Assembly (NCBI GenBank): GCA_049314435.1
Contig: JBMOFD010000021.1
Location: forward strand, 1-25,805
Reading direction: 5' to 3'
Length of the DNA: 25,805 nt
From: Chlamydiia bacterium
GTDB taxonomy: Bacteria; Chlamydiota; Chlamydiia; Chlamydiales; JBMOFD01
Shown here: in pieces, positions 1-8,215 of the stretch
Layout of the letters: each line of letters opens with the position of its first letter
How positions within the stretch are numbered: the first letter of the stretch is position 1
Position numbers and translations under genes: made by a program
The notes under the pieces: generated by a model
Told to the model about the DNA's origin: nothing
Databases searched by the model: none
What the model saw: only the letters and a program-made list of their open reading frames with translations

Positions 1-13
1 GATGGAGGTTCCG

Positions 14-631
14 ATGAAATACCGGCTGGCATTTGGCCTTATGATCGCGATGAGTTCAATGACTGGGTGGAGTATATCCTGCTCTGCACAGCCGCAGTCG
101 CGACTTCTATTCGCTCAGGGAAATACGTACCCTAGGAACATCCAAGGAGTCGATTTGAGCTGGGGCGCTGGACTCTCGAACAGAGATGGCCAACCTATAT
201 CGGGATGGACAAACCTCGGGTCACGGCCTTCCTCCTTAGACAGTGTCGATGCCTTTACCTCCTCCTCCTACTATAGCTGCATCGGGCGTTGCCGAGGTGT
301 TGGCATCTATCATGGCAGCCCAGTGGGACCTAAAGGGTGTTCCTCAGAATTTCAACAAACGACGACGACCGATATCAATGGCACCATGTGGGGCCAGTCT
401 ACTGTCAATAGCACCTTGTGGGGCAATCCTACACAGACTACGACCACTTCAGTAGGAGATGCATCCACGAATGTCCGGGATCTGTGCTTCACTTCTTGCC
501 AAAACAACTTGTCTAGCGGCAACTGGAGCGGTGCCGGCATTTTCGACTCCAATTCGACGATTTCAGGAGACCAGATCATGCAGTACTACAAAGACAACAT
601 GGTCAAACCAAATGGCGTAGATGTCCTCTAG
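14..631 (+). CDS. Secreted Ser/Thr/Gly-rich hypothetical protein with two CxxxC motifs
   Basis: GGAGG at 4-8 precedes ATG 14. The N-terminus MKYRLAFGLMIAMSSMTGWSISCSA is signal-peptide-like. Contains CIGRC and CFTSC. No family recognised. Confidence 0.7.
   Translation: MKYRLAFGLMIAMSSMTGWSISCSAQPQSRLLFAQGNTYPRNIQGVDLSWGAGLSNRDGQPISGWTNLGSRPSSLDSVDAFTSSSYYSCIGRCRGVGIYHGSPVGPKGCSSEFQQTTTTDINGTMWGQSTVNSTLWGNPTQTTTTSVGDASTNVRDLCFTSCQNNLSSGNWSGAGIFDSNSTISGDQIMQYYKDNMVKPNGVDVL
374..433 (+). repeat. Two-copy imperfect 30-bp in-frame tandem repeat (INGTMWGQST / VNSTLWGNPT)
   Basis: atcaatggcaccatgtggggccagtctact vs gtcaatagcaccttgtggggcaatcctaca, 23/30 identical by manual alignment. Confidence 0.7.
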
Positions 632-882
632 TTTTCAGGTGACTGAGCGGTAGGACGTTTCAGCTTGTCATTGTTGGGAAGTCGAAGCTCTAAACGCCAT
701 CGCAAGGCCTGGACGTCATCATGCAGGAAGACGCTCCTAAGCTCTCATGGCTGGCAGGCGTCAGCGAACCTCTCCTACCTTAGGAAGACAGGGAGAGGTC
801 TTGCCAAACTAGCCGCACCTCCACCGCCTGACGAACCCCAAGCGAATGTCCAACAAGCGCCGTACGCGCCGTGCACGGCCTA

Positions 883-1083
883 AAGGAAGGCTCGGCCCAA
901 AGCTAATCAGCGCTATCCGAACTAGATTTCCTTGCGGCTTGGTTCAACCCAGGGTTACACCTTGGAACCGATCGGGCCATCCTTAAAAATTGTCTCTATG
1001 CATGCTTGGACAGCTTTTCTGATAGTCCTAGGTCTCTAGCTGGTGTAACCCTCCCAGGTCTGCTTTTGAACCAGGCCTTCCTT
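883..1083. ncRNA. Candidate structured non-coding element (rod-like, 6S-RNA-sized) or MITE
   Basis: Nested inverted repeats: aaggaaggc 883-891 / gccttcctt 1075-1083; agggttacacc 951-961 / ggtgtaaccct 1042-1052; ggttcaa 941-947 / ttgaacc 1066-1072. No credible ORF here. Confidence 0.35.
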
Positions 1084-1130
1084 GCAAACTGGCGATCCAA
1101 TGACGCCGCCCTGACCGAAGCGATCAAAGA

Positions 1131-1159
1131 TTGCGCAGATGCGCACTTTCCTCCATAAT
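1131..1159 (+). promoter_or_regulatory. Sigma70-type promoter for tRNA-Leu(CAA)
   Basis: TTGCGC (1131-1136), 17-nt spacer, CATAAT (1154-1159), ending 16 nt before the tRNA. Confidence 0.6.
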
Positions 1160-1175
1160 TCATTGCATCACACAC

Positions 1176-1258
1176 GCCGGTGTGGCGAAATGGCAGACGC
1201 GGCAGACTCAAAATCTGCTCCTAGCAATAGGGTGTTGGTTCGAGTCCGACCATCGGCA
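1176..1258 (+). tRNA. tRNA-Leu (CAA)
   Basis: Acceptor stem GCCGGTG/CATCGGC, D-arm TGGCGAAATGGCAGACGC, anticodon arm GCAGA-CTCAAAA-TCTGC, long variable arm, TTCGAGT T-loop. CCA is not encoded. Confidence 0.96.
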
Positions 1259-1329
1259 ATCCCATTAAACTTTTCACTAGTCTGAATTTCCTCGACCCGA
1301 TTAGAAGGGGGAGCGAGGAGGGCATCGTT

Positions 1330-2271
1330 GTGGATGATCAGGCGCCCCGCATTTTGTTGGTTGACGATGAACCAAGTGCTCTAGAAGCTCTGGAGCAGGC
1401 GATTTCATGGTATGGCCAACGCTTAGGTTGGCAAGTGACTGCCATGGACTCCCCCCAGTTTGCACTGGAGGCAGCTCAGGCTCGTCCTTTTGACCTCATC
1501 ATTACGGATCTCCATATGCCCTCGATGAATGGGCTGGATCTGATCCGCGAAATGAAACGCATCCTTCCTAACCTACGCGCTCTGCTCCTTACAGCCAGTG
1601 CCAGTTTGAGTGGGTTCCTCAAGGAACTACGCATTACCGACGCGAAGGTGTTGGTGAAGCCGTGCGCTCTCATCGACCTCATCCATGCGATCCATGAAGT
1701 CTTGGAGTTGGGTGATGCTGCTGTGGCAGCGCCCAGACAAGAAGAGACTCTGCCCATTACCCAGACGCTTCATCATCAGTATGGGCTTCAGTTCAGCCAT
1801 CACAGTGATGTGGTGGAGTACCTCCCTCTAGATGCAGAGCGACTGGCTCTTCTGCTCTTGCAGACGGAGAGTCCCTCGGTTCCCCTGGAGCTACTTCGAT
1901 TAGGCCTCCGACAGCAATGCGAACGTCTTCTGCGCAGTGGTCGCTCCCCAACAGGAGTGCTACATGAGCTGGAGCAATTGATCCAAGAACACGCCTCCAC
2001 CAGCGAGGTGGGTGTTTTTGTGGGGATCTTCAACCGACGGCGCAGAACATTTTCTCACGCGCAGATCGGTTTTCGATCAGCTTCTCTGCGGCGAGCTCAG
2101 GATTTCCAGGATCTGGAACCGGGTACCATAAACCTACATGCTAGGGATGTCGTCAGGCTCTCGATGCACGAAGAGCTCTCTCCTGAGGATGCCCTCAACG
2201 ACCACCTGCACATCACAATTGCGTGGGGCAAGTCGGCTCAGATGGAATTTAGCTTCTCTCAGGGAGGCTAG
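1330..2271 (+). CDS. Response regulator: receiver domain plus degenerate SpoIIE/PP2C-like C-terminal domain
   Basis: REC motifs ILLVDDE, DLIITDLHMPSMNGLDL, LLTA, VKP. The C-terminus has SpoIIE-like segments (VFVGIFNRRRRTFSHAQIGF). SD GAGGAGG precedes the GTG start. Confidence 0.85.
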   Translation: MDDQAPRILLVDDEPSALEALEQAISWYGQRLGWQVTAMDSPQFALEAAQARPFDLIITDLHMPSMNGLDLIREMKRILPNLRALLLTASASLSGFLKELRITDAKVLVKPCALIDLIHAIHEVLELGDAAVAAPRQEETLPITQTLHHQYGLQFSHHSDVVEYLPLDAERLALLLLQTESPSVPLELLRLGLRQQCERLLRSGRSPTGVLHELEQLIQEHASTSEVGVFVGIFNRRRRTFSHAQIGFRSASLRRAQDFQDLEPGTINLHARDVVRLSMHEELSPEDALNDHLHITIAWGKSAQMEFSFSQGG

Positions 2272-2276
2272 ACTCG

Positions 2277-3314
2277 ATGGACCTCTCCGCCCTCTCACCC
2301 GAATTTTCCTTCCTGACGGAGCCTGCTTCTCACTGGCTGGGGCCTCATGTTCTAGACCTTCTAGAGAAGGCAGGCCTGGGAGCGCTCTTTCTAAACGAGT
2401 CAGGTGTCCTGGTCTACTGCAACGTCTCGGCTCGTAAAGCCCTGGGGCTGCAGCATCGAAGCCTGATTGGGCTACAGGCCAAGGATCTCCCTCTTGAGGA
2501 GCTCTTGGGTCTGGAACTCGAAGTCATGCTGAAGAACCAGAAGACCGCCATTCGCACTCGGGTGCAGATCGGAGAGGCGCACGAGTCTGAAATTCTGATC
2601 GGGCCTATTCGCGTGGGTCCCCTGCAGGAGCGCGGTCTACTGATCTTGATCCGCCCCATCACCTCCAGGATCGAGCAGCTCGCTGCGACGGGAGAGCGTG
2701 TAGCCGCCACCTGTCACAATCTGAAGAATGAGCTATGCTCTCTCAAGGCATGGCTCTCCCTTCTGACGCAGCACGGCCCTACCTGGGATCAAAGCGACCT
2801 GGAATCCCTACAGGGGCTCTCTCAAGCCATGAAGTCGTTTGAGCTGAGAATTGAAGAGGTACTGCATCCCATGCGACGGCGTCAACAGGATGTCGTAGAC
2901 ATGGTGACGCTTGTAGAGCAGTCCTGGGCACATGCCTGCCAAACACTGGGCGATCTTTGGCACGGACAGCTACGGCTGGAGTCCTGCGCCAACACGCTCC
3001 ATGCTCTTACGCATCGCGATCAGCTCGATGAAGTTCTGCAAAACGTGTTCAAGAATGCAATGGAAGCGGTCCCTGGCGGATGGGTACACTGCGCGATCGA
3101 CCAGACGGCCAACTGGATCTCGATCCAGATCTCCGACGAGGGGGTGGGCCCACAGGAATGGCATCTGCTCCAACAGGAGTCCACGAAACCCTCCGGTCAT
3201 GGTCTGGGACTAGCCGATGCTCAACGAGCCCTCATCAGCATGGGTGGCACGCTAGACCTGCAGACGTTTGATGAAGGGCGTCACGCCCTGGTGCTACGGC
3301 TGCCCGCAGCGTAA
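2277..3314 (+). CDS. Cytoplasmic PAS-domain sensor histidine kinase
   Basis: PAS-like segment (GALFLNESGVLVYCNVSARKALG), H-box CHNLKNEL, N-box QNVFKNAMEA, G1 SDEGVG, G2 STKPSGHGLGL. No transmembrane segments. Confidence 0.88.
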   Translation: MDLSALSPEFSFLTEPASHWLGPHVLDLLEKAGLGALFLNESGVLVYCNVSARKALGLQHRSLIGLQAKDLPLEELLGLELEVMLKNQKTAIRTRVQIGEAHESEILIGPIRVGPLQERGLLILIRPITSRIEQLAATGERVAATCHNLKNELCSLKAWLSLLTQHGPTWDQSDLESLQGLSQAMKSFELRIEEVLHPMRRRQQDVVDMVTLVEQSWAHACQTLGDLWHGQLRLESCANTLHALTHRDQLDEVLQNVFKNAMEAVPGGWVHCAIDQTANWISIQISDEGVGPQEWHLLQQESTKPSGHGLGLADAQRALISMGGTLDLQTFDEGRHALVLRLPAA

Positions 3315-4811
3315 TCAGCTCCAAAGCTCCAAGAGATGCTGGACGATGCCCGCTCTCCAGGCCTTTCGGGCCTCTCTGTCTAGTTCAAAGAGCTCCGCTG
3401 CTAGGGCCGTAGCAGGCTCAATCAATAGCGACCTCAGAGGCAGCCGAACATCCCCATCGATCTGGAGACCTCTTAGTTGTTCAAGCATCGTATGTCGCAC
3501 CTCAGCCACCACCTCTGAACGAATCTCTAGAGTCGATGCAGCCTGAACGGCTTGCGTGAGACGCAGGCGCCCCTGAGGCGTAGCATAACCCTCGATCCAC
3601 TCTTCTGTGGCCATCTCATGACATCCCTCGATGGGCAAGCCACCTATGGAGCCCGTCGTCCATTGCACGTCTGGAGAATTCTGGATGAGCTGGCGGGTGT
3701 GGTCTGCTAAGAGTAGCCATAGAGGTGCCGTAGAGACCACATGCTCACCTACAGGACAGCGCACCGAGTCGTGCTCAAAACGAGCCTCAGTCGAGGCGTA
3801 GGGTCTCTCCTGAAAGGAGAGTTCACGCCCTATAAAGTGGATCGACCGGACTCCTGCATCGAGAGCCAAAGAGCTAAGCAGTCCAATGACATCTGGAGCA
3901 TCATGGTCTTTGAGCGGCATGTCCACTCCAAGTCCAGAGAACAACCACTCCTCCAGCACGCCAGAAAATCCCTTATGACCGATGAATCTCGGGCCATCCC
4001 AACCCACCACCGTTGAGGCATGAGAGCGCAGGGTGCAGCTCAGGGGCACTTTGTGCCCCATGAGCTGGGCCAGTCGCTCCTGCTGGGTCTCCCTCGGATC
4101 TAAACAACCGACGAGGTCGGGCACAATACCGGCCTCTACAAGAGGGCCTACTGCAGCACCTCCGGCCCAGATCAGCAACTGGTCTCGATCGGCCCGCAAG
4201 AGCGGCAACTGCTCGATAAGAGAGGGACCTCCCCCTGCAATGATGACCGATTCACCCTGAAGGGCACCATGCAGAGCCTGTTCGTGATGCATGTGAGAGA
4301 GGAGGGGTAAGAGCTTCCATAGATTCTCATAGGCAAGTCCGCCATGAGGACTCAGTGTCTTGCACCCATCCAGACGCGCCTCGAGGTGAGCCCGGAGGTT
4401 CGCTAACGACTGCCAATGAGAGGGGCTAGCCTGCCAAGCCACCCTGCCCCGGAGCATGGCAAACCAGAGTGCCCTATCACCCAGTGAACCGTGAACCACC
4501 GAGCTCGCCGACCAGTAGCGCAGCACAAAGCCATCATGCGAGCATAGTTCAGCCAGCCAAGGCTGCTGCATGATCCACAACAACTCCTCAGGCCGGTCCA
4601 CAACACAAAGAACGCGCCGACCCGCTCCTGTCAGCAACCATTGGCCAGCCGCATATGCGCTGTCGGCTCCCACTGCAACCAGCTGCTCCACTGCAGGAGC
4701 TATCTCTTGCCCATGTCGGCCAATAGTGCCTCTAGGAGCCATCTCATCAAGCTGCCATACCGCATAATCGGAAGGCCAGTGGTTAGCCCAGGCCTCAAAA
4801 ACCGAGTTCAT
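3315..4811 (-). CDS. DUF115 / MAF_flag10 (Maf-type glycosyltransferase / MptE-like) domain protein
   Basis: Motifs ENLWK, SVIIAGGGPSL, GIVPDLVGCLDP and SIHFIGRELSF are typical of the family. ATG 4811 chosen because it overlaps the end of the upstream gene. Confidence 0.75.
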   Translation of the reverse strand: MNSVFEAWANHWPSDYAVWQLDEMAPRGTIGRHGQEIAPAVEQLVAVGADSAYAAGQWLLTGAGRRVLCVVDRPEELLWIMQQPWLAELCSHDGFVLRYWSASSVVHGSLGDRALWFAMLRGRVAWQASPSHWQSLANLRAHLEARLDGCKTLSPHGGLAYENLWKLLPLLSHMHHEQALHGALQGESVIIAGGGPSLIEQLPLLRADRDQLLIWAGGAAVGPLVEAGIVPDLVGCLDPRETQQERLAQLMGHKVPLSCTLRSHASTVVGWDGPRFIGHKGFSGVLEEWLFSGLGVDMPLKDHDAPDVIGLLSSLALDAGVRSIHFIGRELSFQERPYASTEARFEHDSVRCPVGEHVVSTAPLWLLLADHTRQLIQNSPDVQWTTGSIGGLPIEGCHEMATEEWIEGYATPQGRLRLTQAVQAASTLEIRSEVVAEVRHTMLEQLRGLQIDGDVRLPLRSLLIEPATALAAELFELDREARKAWRAGIVQHLLELWS

Positions 4812-5229
4812 GTGCCTCAGGAAGCCGAGGGATCCACCGTGACGTCTCAGAGGCACTCTCACGGCACCATGACCAGACTTGGGCAGGGCTGGCTAGCACA
4901 TACCAGCGACTCTGCAGCTGCTGCTGGTAAGCAAGGAGCTGCGCCAGGGACTCTGGAGTGAGAGGATGGGCTTTGCATTCCGCTAGAAGTCGGATCTCTA
5001 GTCCTCCAAACATAGGCACAGCAACAGCCAGGTCGATGCGCTTACGCGGAGTCGATGATCCAGGGAAAAGGTTCTCTAGACTCCGCTCGACGGTGATCGC
5101 GGAAGGGGGGACGTTTCTGAGGAGAAGAGCTTGGATAAGATGTTGACGGACCCTTTCTTCGGGCGTCGCCACGACATGGCGACGCCGAATAGGATCAAAG
5201 AGCGTTGTCTGCGAGAGCGAAGACGCCAT
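4795..5229 (-). CDS. Stand-alone HsdR N-terminal (HSDR_N_2-like) PD-(D/E)xK nuclease-fold protein
   Basis: LFDPIRRRHVVATPEERVRQ, RIDL, LLAECKA, QLLAY. Confidence 0.85.
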   Translation of the reverse strand: MASSLSQTTLFDPIRRRHVVATPEERVRQHLIQALLLRNVPPSAITVERSLENLFPGSSTPRKRIDLAVAVPMFGGLEIRLLAECKAHPLTPESLAQLLAYQQQLQSRWYVLASPAQVWSWCRESASETSRWIPRLPEAHELGF

Positions 5230-5842
5230 AATTGCCGTCCTTACGGCGATAGATCACACGAAGCGTATGATCTTCCTCTGAGCGATACACCAAAAAGGCA
5301 TCTCCTGAAAGGTCCATCTTCATGACAGCATCTCGGAGAGAGAGCGTCTTGAGATCGATCGTTTTGCGATCGACTGCTGGGTGATGGAGCGCTTCTTCCA
5401 CTACACGGCGTTGGCTGCTCTGGAGGTCTTCGTTGAAGAGAGCGAGGTCCTCGTCTTCGACGGGGATCGTCTTCACTTCCAGCGCATGCACCTTACGAGA
5501 TAGCTGATGGTAGTCTTGCATGCGGTCTTTGTAGCGCAGCACCTTCGTCTCAAGACGGCGCATCGCTTCATCGATGCTGCTGTACATATCGGTGGTGTCC
5601 GCCTGCACCTTCACCTTGAAGTGGCCTACGTGCATCACGATGGAACAGCGATGATCCAGCTTCTGTGCCTCTAAGGCGACCGTCACTTCCAGATCCTTGC
5701 CAGGAAGAATGTGCTCGGTCTTCCGCAGCCGTTCTCGCACCGTCTCCTTCAAAGACTCTGTGAGTTCCGCATGTCGTCCGAAGATGGTGAGATGAAGACC
5801 CGGTTCTTGAAAACGGGCCATGCGCTCTTTACGTGTAGGCAT
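5195..5842 (-). CDS. hpf: Ribosome hibernation promoting factor (long HPF / RaiA, S30AE family)
   Basis: TIFGRHAELTESLK, DMYSSIDEAMRRLE, and C-terminal DAVMKMDLSGDAFLVYR...VIYRRKDGNYG. GGAG SD precedes ATG 5842. Confidence 0.93.
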   Translation of the reverse strand: MPTRKERMARFQEPGLHLTIFGRHAELTESLKETVRERLRKTEHILPGKDLEVTVALEAQKLDHRCSIVMHVGHFKVKVQADTTDMYSSIDEAMRRLETKVLRYKDRMQDYHQLSRKVHALEVKTIPVEDEDLALFNEDLQSSQRRVVEEALHHPAVDRKTIDLKTLSLRDAVMKMDLSGDAFLVYRSEEDHTLRVIYRRKDGNYGVFALADNAL

Positions 5843-5858
5843 GACGTACTCCAACTGT

Positions 5859-5932
5859 TGCACCGAAGAGGACTTGAACCTCTAACCACCTGGTTCGAAG
5901 CCAGGTACTCTATCCGATTGAGCTATCGGTGC
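5859..5932 (-). tRNA. tRNA-Arg (TCG)
   Basis: Minus strand reads GCACCGA-TAGCTCAATCGGATAGAGTA-CCTGG-CTTCGAA-CCAGG-TGGTT-AGAGG-TTCAAGT-CCTCT-TCGGTGC-A. CCA is not encoded. Confidence 0.96.
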
Positions 5933-5979
5933 ATTCAGGACACCGTTCAGGTATCCTCTTTCTTCGCACATATGGAACC

Positions 5980-6696
5980 ATGGAAGAGATTCTCATTCAA
6001 GGCTTTTGCCTTTCAGCCAAACCTGTAGCTGAACATGATCAGCTCCTCACCATCTTCACTGCGGAGTTGGGCCTCTTGCGTATCTATGCAAGGGGCATCC
6101 TACGACCGCAAAAAAAAGCCTGGCAGCTCCTTGCGCGCCCGGCTAGTGTATCAGAACTGCAATTAACTCGTGGGCGCAGCGAACTTTGGAATCTCGTCGA
6201 CGGGCAGCTGCTCTACTACCCCGACGGCATGAACCACTCCTGGGAGCAGCTACAGGGCATCCTGTCGATGATCCGCACGATCCTCGACACGCAGTGGCTA
6301 GGGAAGCCAGCACCCGAGCTCATGGAGCTTCTCCTCGCCTGCACCCAGCAGCTGGCGAGCAGCTACCATCCTAGTCTCCTAGCGCTCTTCTATTTGAAAC
6401 TCCTGACCTATGAAGGACACTTCCCATTCAGCTTGCACTGCTCGGCATGTGGAGAAGCTTGCACCGAGAACCTCCACCTCGATGGACAAGCTGATGTCCT
6501 CTGCCGTGCTCATGCTCCTCCTGATGCACTCGTGATTCCTATGCATATTCATGAAGTCTGGAAGATCGGCAGTTTCCTCCGCTCCTTTCAGGCTATTCGC
6601 GCATGGGAATGCCCTGAATGTGCTCTGCTTGAAAGGATCATGGAACGGATGGGTACGCCACGCGGATCAGGTTTTTTGGGATCGTCTTCTTCTTGA
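5980..6696 (+). CDS. recO: DNA repair protein RecO
   Basis: N-terminal OB-fold pattern (EHDQLLTIFTAELGLLRIYARG), FYLKLL.EG, and Zn motif CSACG...LCRAH. Start moved to ATG 5980 to avoid the tRNA. Confidence 0.92.
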   Translation: MEEILIQGFCLSAKPVAEHDQLLTIFTAELGLLRIYARGILRPQKKAWQLLARPASVSELQLTRGRSELWNLVDGQLLYYPDGMNHSWEQLQGILSMIRTILDTQWLGKPAPELMELLLACTQQLASSYHPSLLALFYLKLLTYEGHFPFSLHCSACGEACTENLHLDGQADVLCRAHAPPDALVIPMHIHEVWKIGSFLRSFQAIRAWECPECALLERIMERMGTPRGSGFLGSSSS

Positions 6697-6761
6697 ATCG
6701 AGAGAATCTGGGCGAGATCCCAGGCTCACTGCATGGGCCGAGATAGGCCCACGTAGAGAAT

Positions 6762-6843
6762 TGCGAGAAAGGGGACTCGAACCCCTACGAGTTTCCTCAC
6801 TACCACCTCAAAGTAGCGCGTCTGCCAATTCCGCCACTCTCGC
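6762..6843 (-). tRNA. tRNA-Leu (GAG)
   Basis: Minus strand: GCGAGAG acceptor, TGGCGGAATTGGCAGACGCG, CTACT-TTGAGGT-GGTAG, long variable arm, TTCGAGT, TTCTCGC-A. Confidence 0.95.
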
Positions 6844-6854
6844 ATGAGCAGGGA

Positions 6855-6884
6855 ATTGTACGAGCCTCTCGGAGTTTCTGGCAA
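6855..6884 (-). promoter_or_regulatory. Sigma70-type promoter for tRNA-Leu(GAG)
   Basis: Minus strand TTGCCA, 18-nt spacer, TACAAT, ending 11 nt before the tRNA. Confidence 0.55.
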
Positions 6885-7012
6885 TTTTGGGCCGTGGATT
6901 TGCACGATCGGGTTCACACCGCGATGGAGCTGCGCAGCCTCTAGCTGGCTCGCACCTCTTTTATTCGGCTTGTGCGGTACAAGCTAGAGAACCCATCAAC
7001 ATGGAGGGACCG

Positions 7013-7240
7013 ATGTCTATTCGATCGCACTATATAGGGTTTGCCTTGGTGACTGTCACCTGCTGTCTAGCTCCAGCACTTTTTGCTACGGCGGAAGCGA
7101 CTTCATCTCCAGCTGCCCAGCGAGTGGAGTCTGCCCAAAGTCTGAGCCTCGCTCGCGAGCAACAAGCAAAACCAGGGAAAGGCGACACTCCAGGCCAATT
7201 CACGAGCGCAAGCCATCCGCGTAAAAACAGCCCTAAATAG
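7013..7240 (+). CDS. Small secreted hypothetical protein (75 aa)
   Basis: GGAGG SD before ATG 7013. Signal-like MSIRSHYIGFALVTVTCCLAPALFA followed by a polar/basic tail. Confidence 0.55.
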   Translation: MSIRSHYIGFALVTVTCCLAPALFATAEATSSPAAQRVESAQSLSLAREQQAKPGKGDTPGQFTSASHPRKNSPK

Positions 7241-7263
7241 GGTACATTCAACGCTTGAAGTTG

Positions 7264-7288
7264 GGCGGTGAGCGACGCGCTCACCGCC
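7264..7288. terminator. GC-rich hairpin between convergent genes
   Basis: ggcggtgagcg-acg-cgctcaccgcc, a perfect 11-bp stem. No clear U-tract on either strand. Confidence 0.5.
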
Positions 7289-7307
7289 TCTGAAAAAACA
7301 CGAGCCC

Positions 7308-7934
7308 CTAGAACTCGCTGCTGCTTCCTACGGCTTTGGACTTCTTCTTACGCTGCTCTTCGGGAGAATTCCAAATCTCGTTGATGCGTGCGTCGATCTT
7401 CTTCATGGTTAGATGCTCCACGTCAAAGAAACCGACCTTGACCATCCCGCTTAGTACCAGGGAGCGCTGATACACCAGGTTGGCCGTTTTGCCCAACCCA
7501 TCCATCTTCTTTGTCGCCCGGGCAAACTTCTTAAGGGCATTCACAAAAGGCTTTTTAACCGCGTGCTTGAATCGTGTCGCTGGATCGAAATAGCCCATCT
7601 CTTGACCACCCACGACAATCTTCAGCTGTTCGACCAGGGGGTAGAGCGCTGAGAGCTCCTTGGCCAACTGGATGACCGCCTCTTTGGTAGCCGGCTCTCC
7701 TGAGACAGGCTTCTCTCTGCCCAATTTCTTCACGACTTTGCTGTGAAGAGAAGCTATTTCCGGATGACTCTTCAAGGCAATCCTGGATGGCGCGTCCAGA
7801 CTATCCACCACTGCAATGTAGGCCGCCTTGACCTGCCGCCACTTCCTAAATTCGAACGAGGCATAGTACCCATCTAGCACCTTGGCATACTGGACTGCTT
7901 GTCCGGAAAAACTAGGAACTGAACTGGACACCAC
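7308..7934 (-). CDS. Lys-rich hypothetical protein with Ser-rich N-terminus
   Basis: 208-codon ORF with an AT-rich upstream region (about 7950-7990). No family recognised. Confidence 0.7.
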   Translation of the reverse strand: MVSSSVPSFSGQAVQYAKVLDGYYASFEFRKWRQVKAAYIAVVDSLDAPSRIALKSHPEIASLHSKVVKKLGREKPVSGEPATKEAVIQLAKELSALYPLVEQLKIVVGGQEMGYFDPATRFKHAVKKPFVNALKKFARATKKMDGLGKTANLVYQRSLVLSGMVKVGFFDVEHLTMKKIDARINEIWNSPEEQRKKKSKAVGSSSEF

Positions 7935-8215
7935 GAATCCCTTGGCTTGTCTTATAAAAAAGTTTGTTTATGAGATGGTATCAAACAACCGCCCTTTCTA
8001 GGCAGTCGAGAGGAGCCTACGTCTCATCATCGAAGCCGCAAAGCATAGGCCCCTACTCCATGAGCTGTCTCCCATCGGGACCCTGCCCGCCTCTGGGCAC
8101 GGGCCCATAGCCGCCCTTCAAGCCTCCTGTCCCAGTAGGAATCTAGGGTCCGTCCAGCTATACTCAACAGAAGGGGGTACGAACGGCCGGCCACCTTGCC
8201 ACCGTTCTAACCGAT

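Noticed and set aside
665..1211. ORFs 665-883 (+) and 996-1211 (-)
   Set aside because: Short, non-ATG starts, no SD or motif. The second overlaps the tRNA.
4795..5229. Type I restriction-modification system
   Set aside because: Only a 144-aa N-terminal domain is present, with no helicase, hsdM or hsdS.
5711..6917. ORFs 5711-6028, 6551-6847 and 6726-6917, and the extended starts of recO and hpf
   Set aside because: They overlap tRNA genes or established CDSs.
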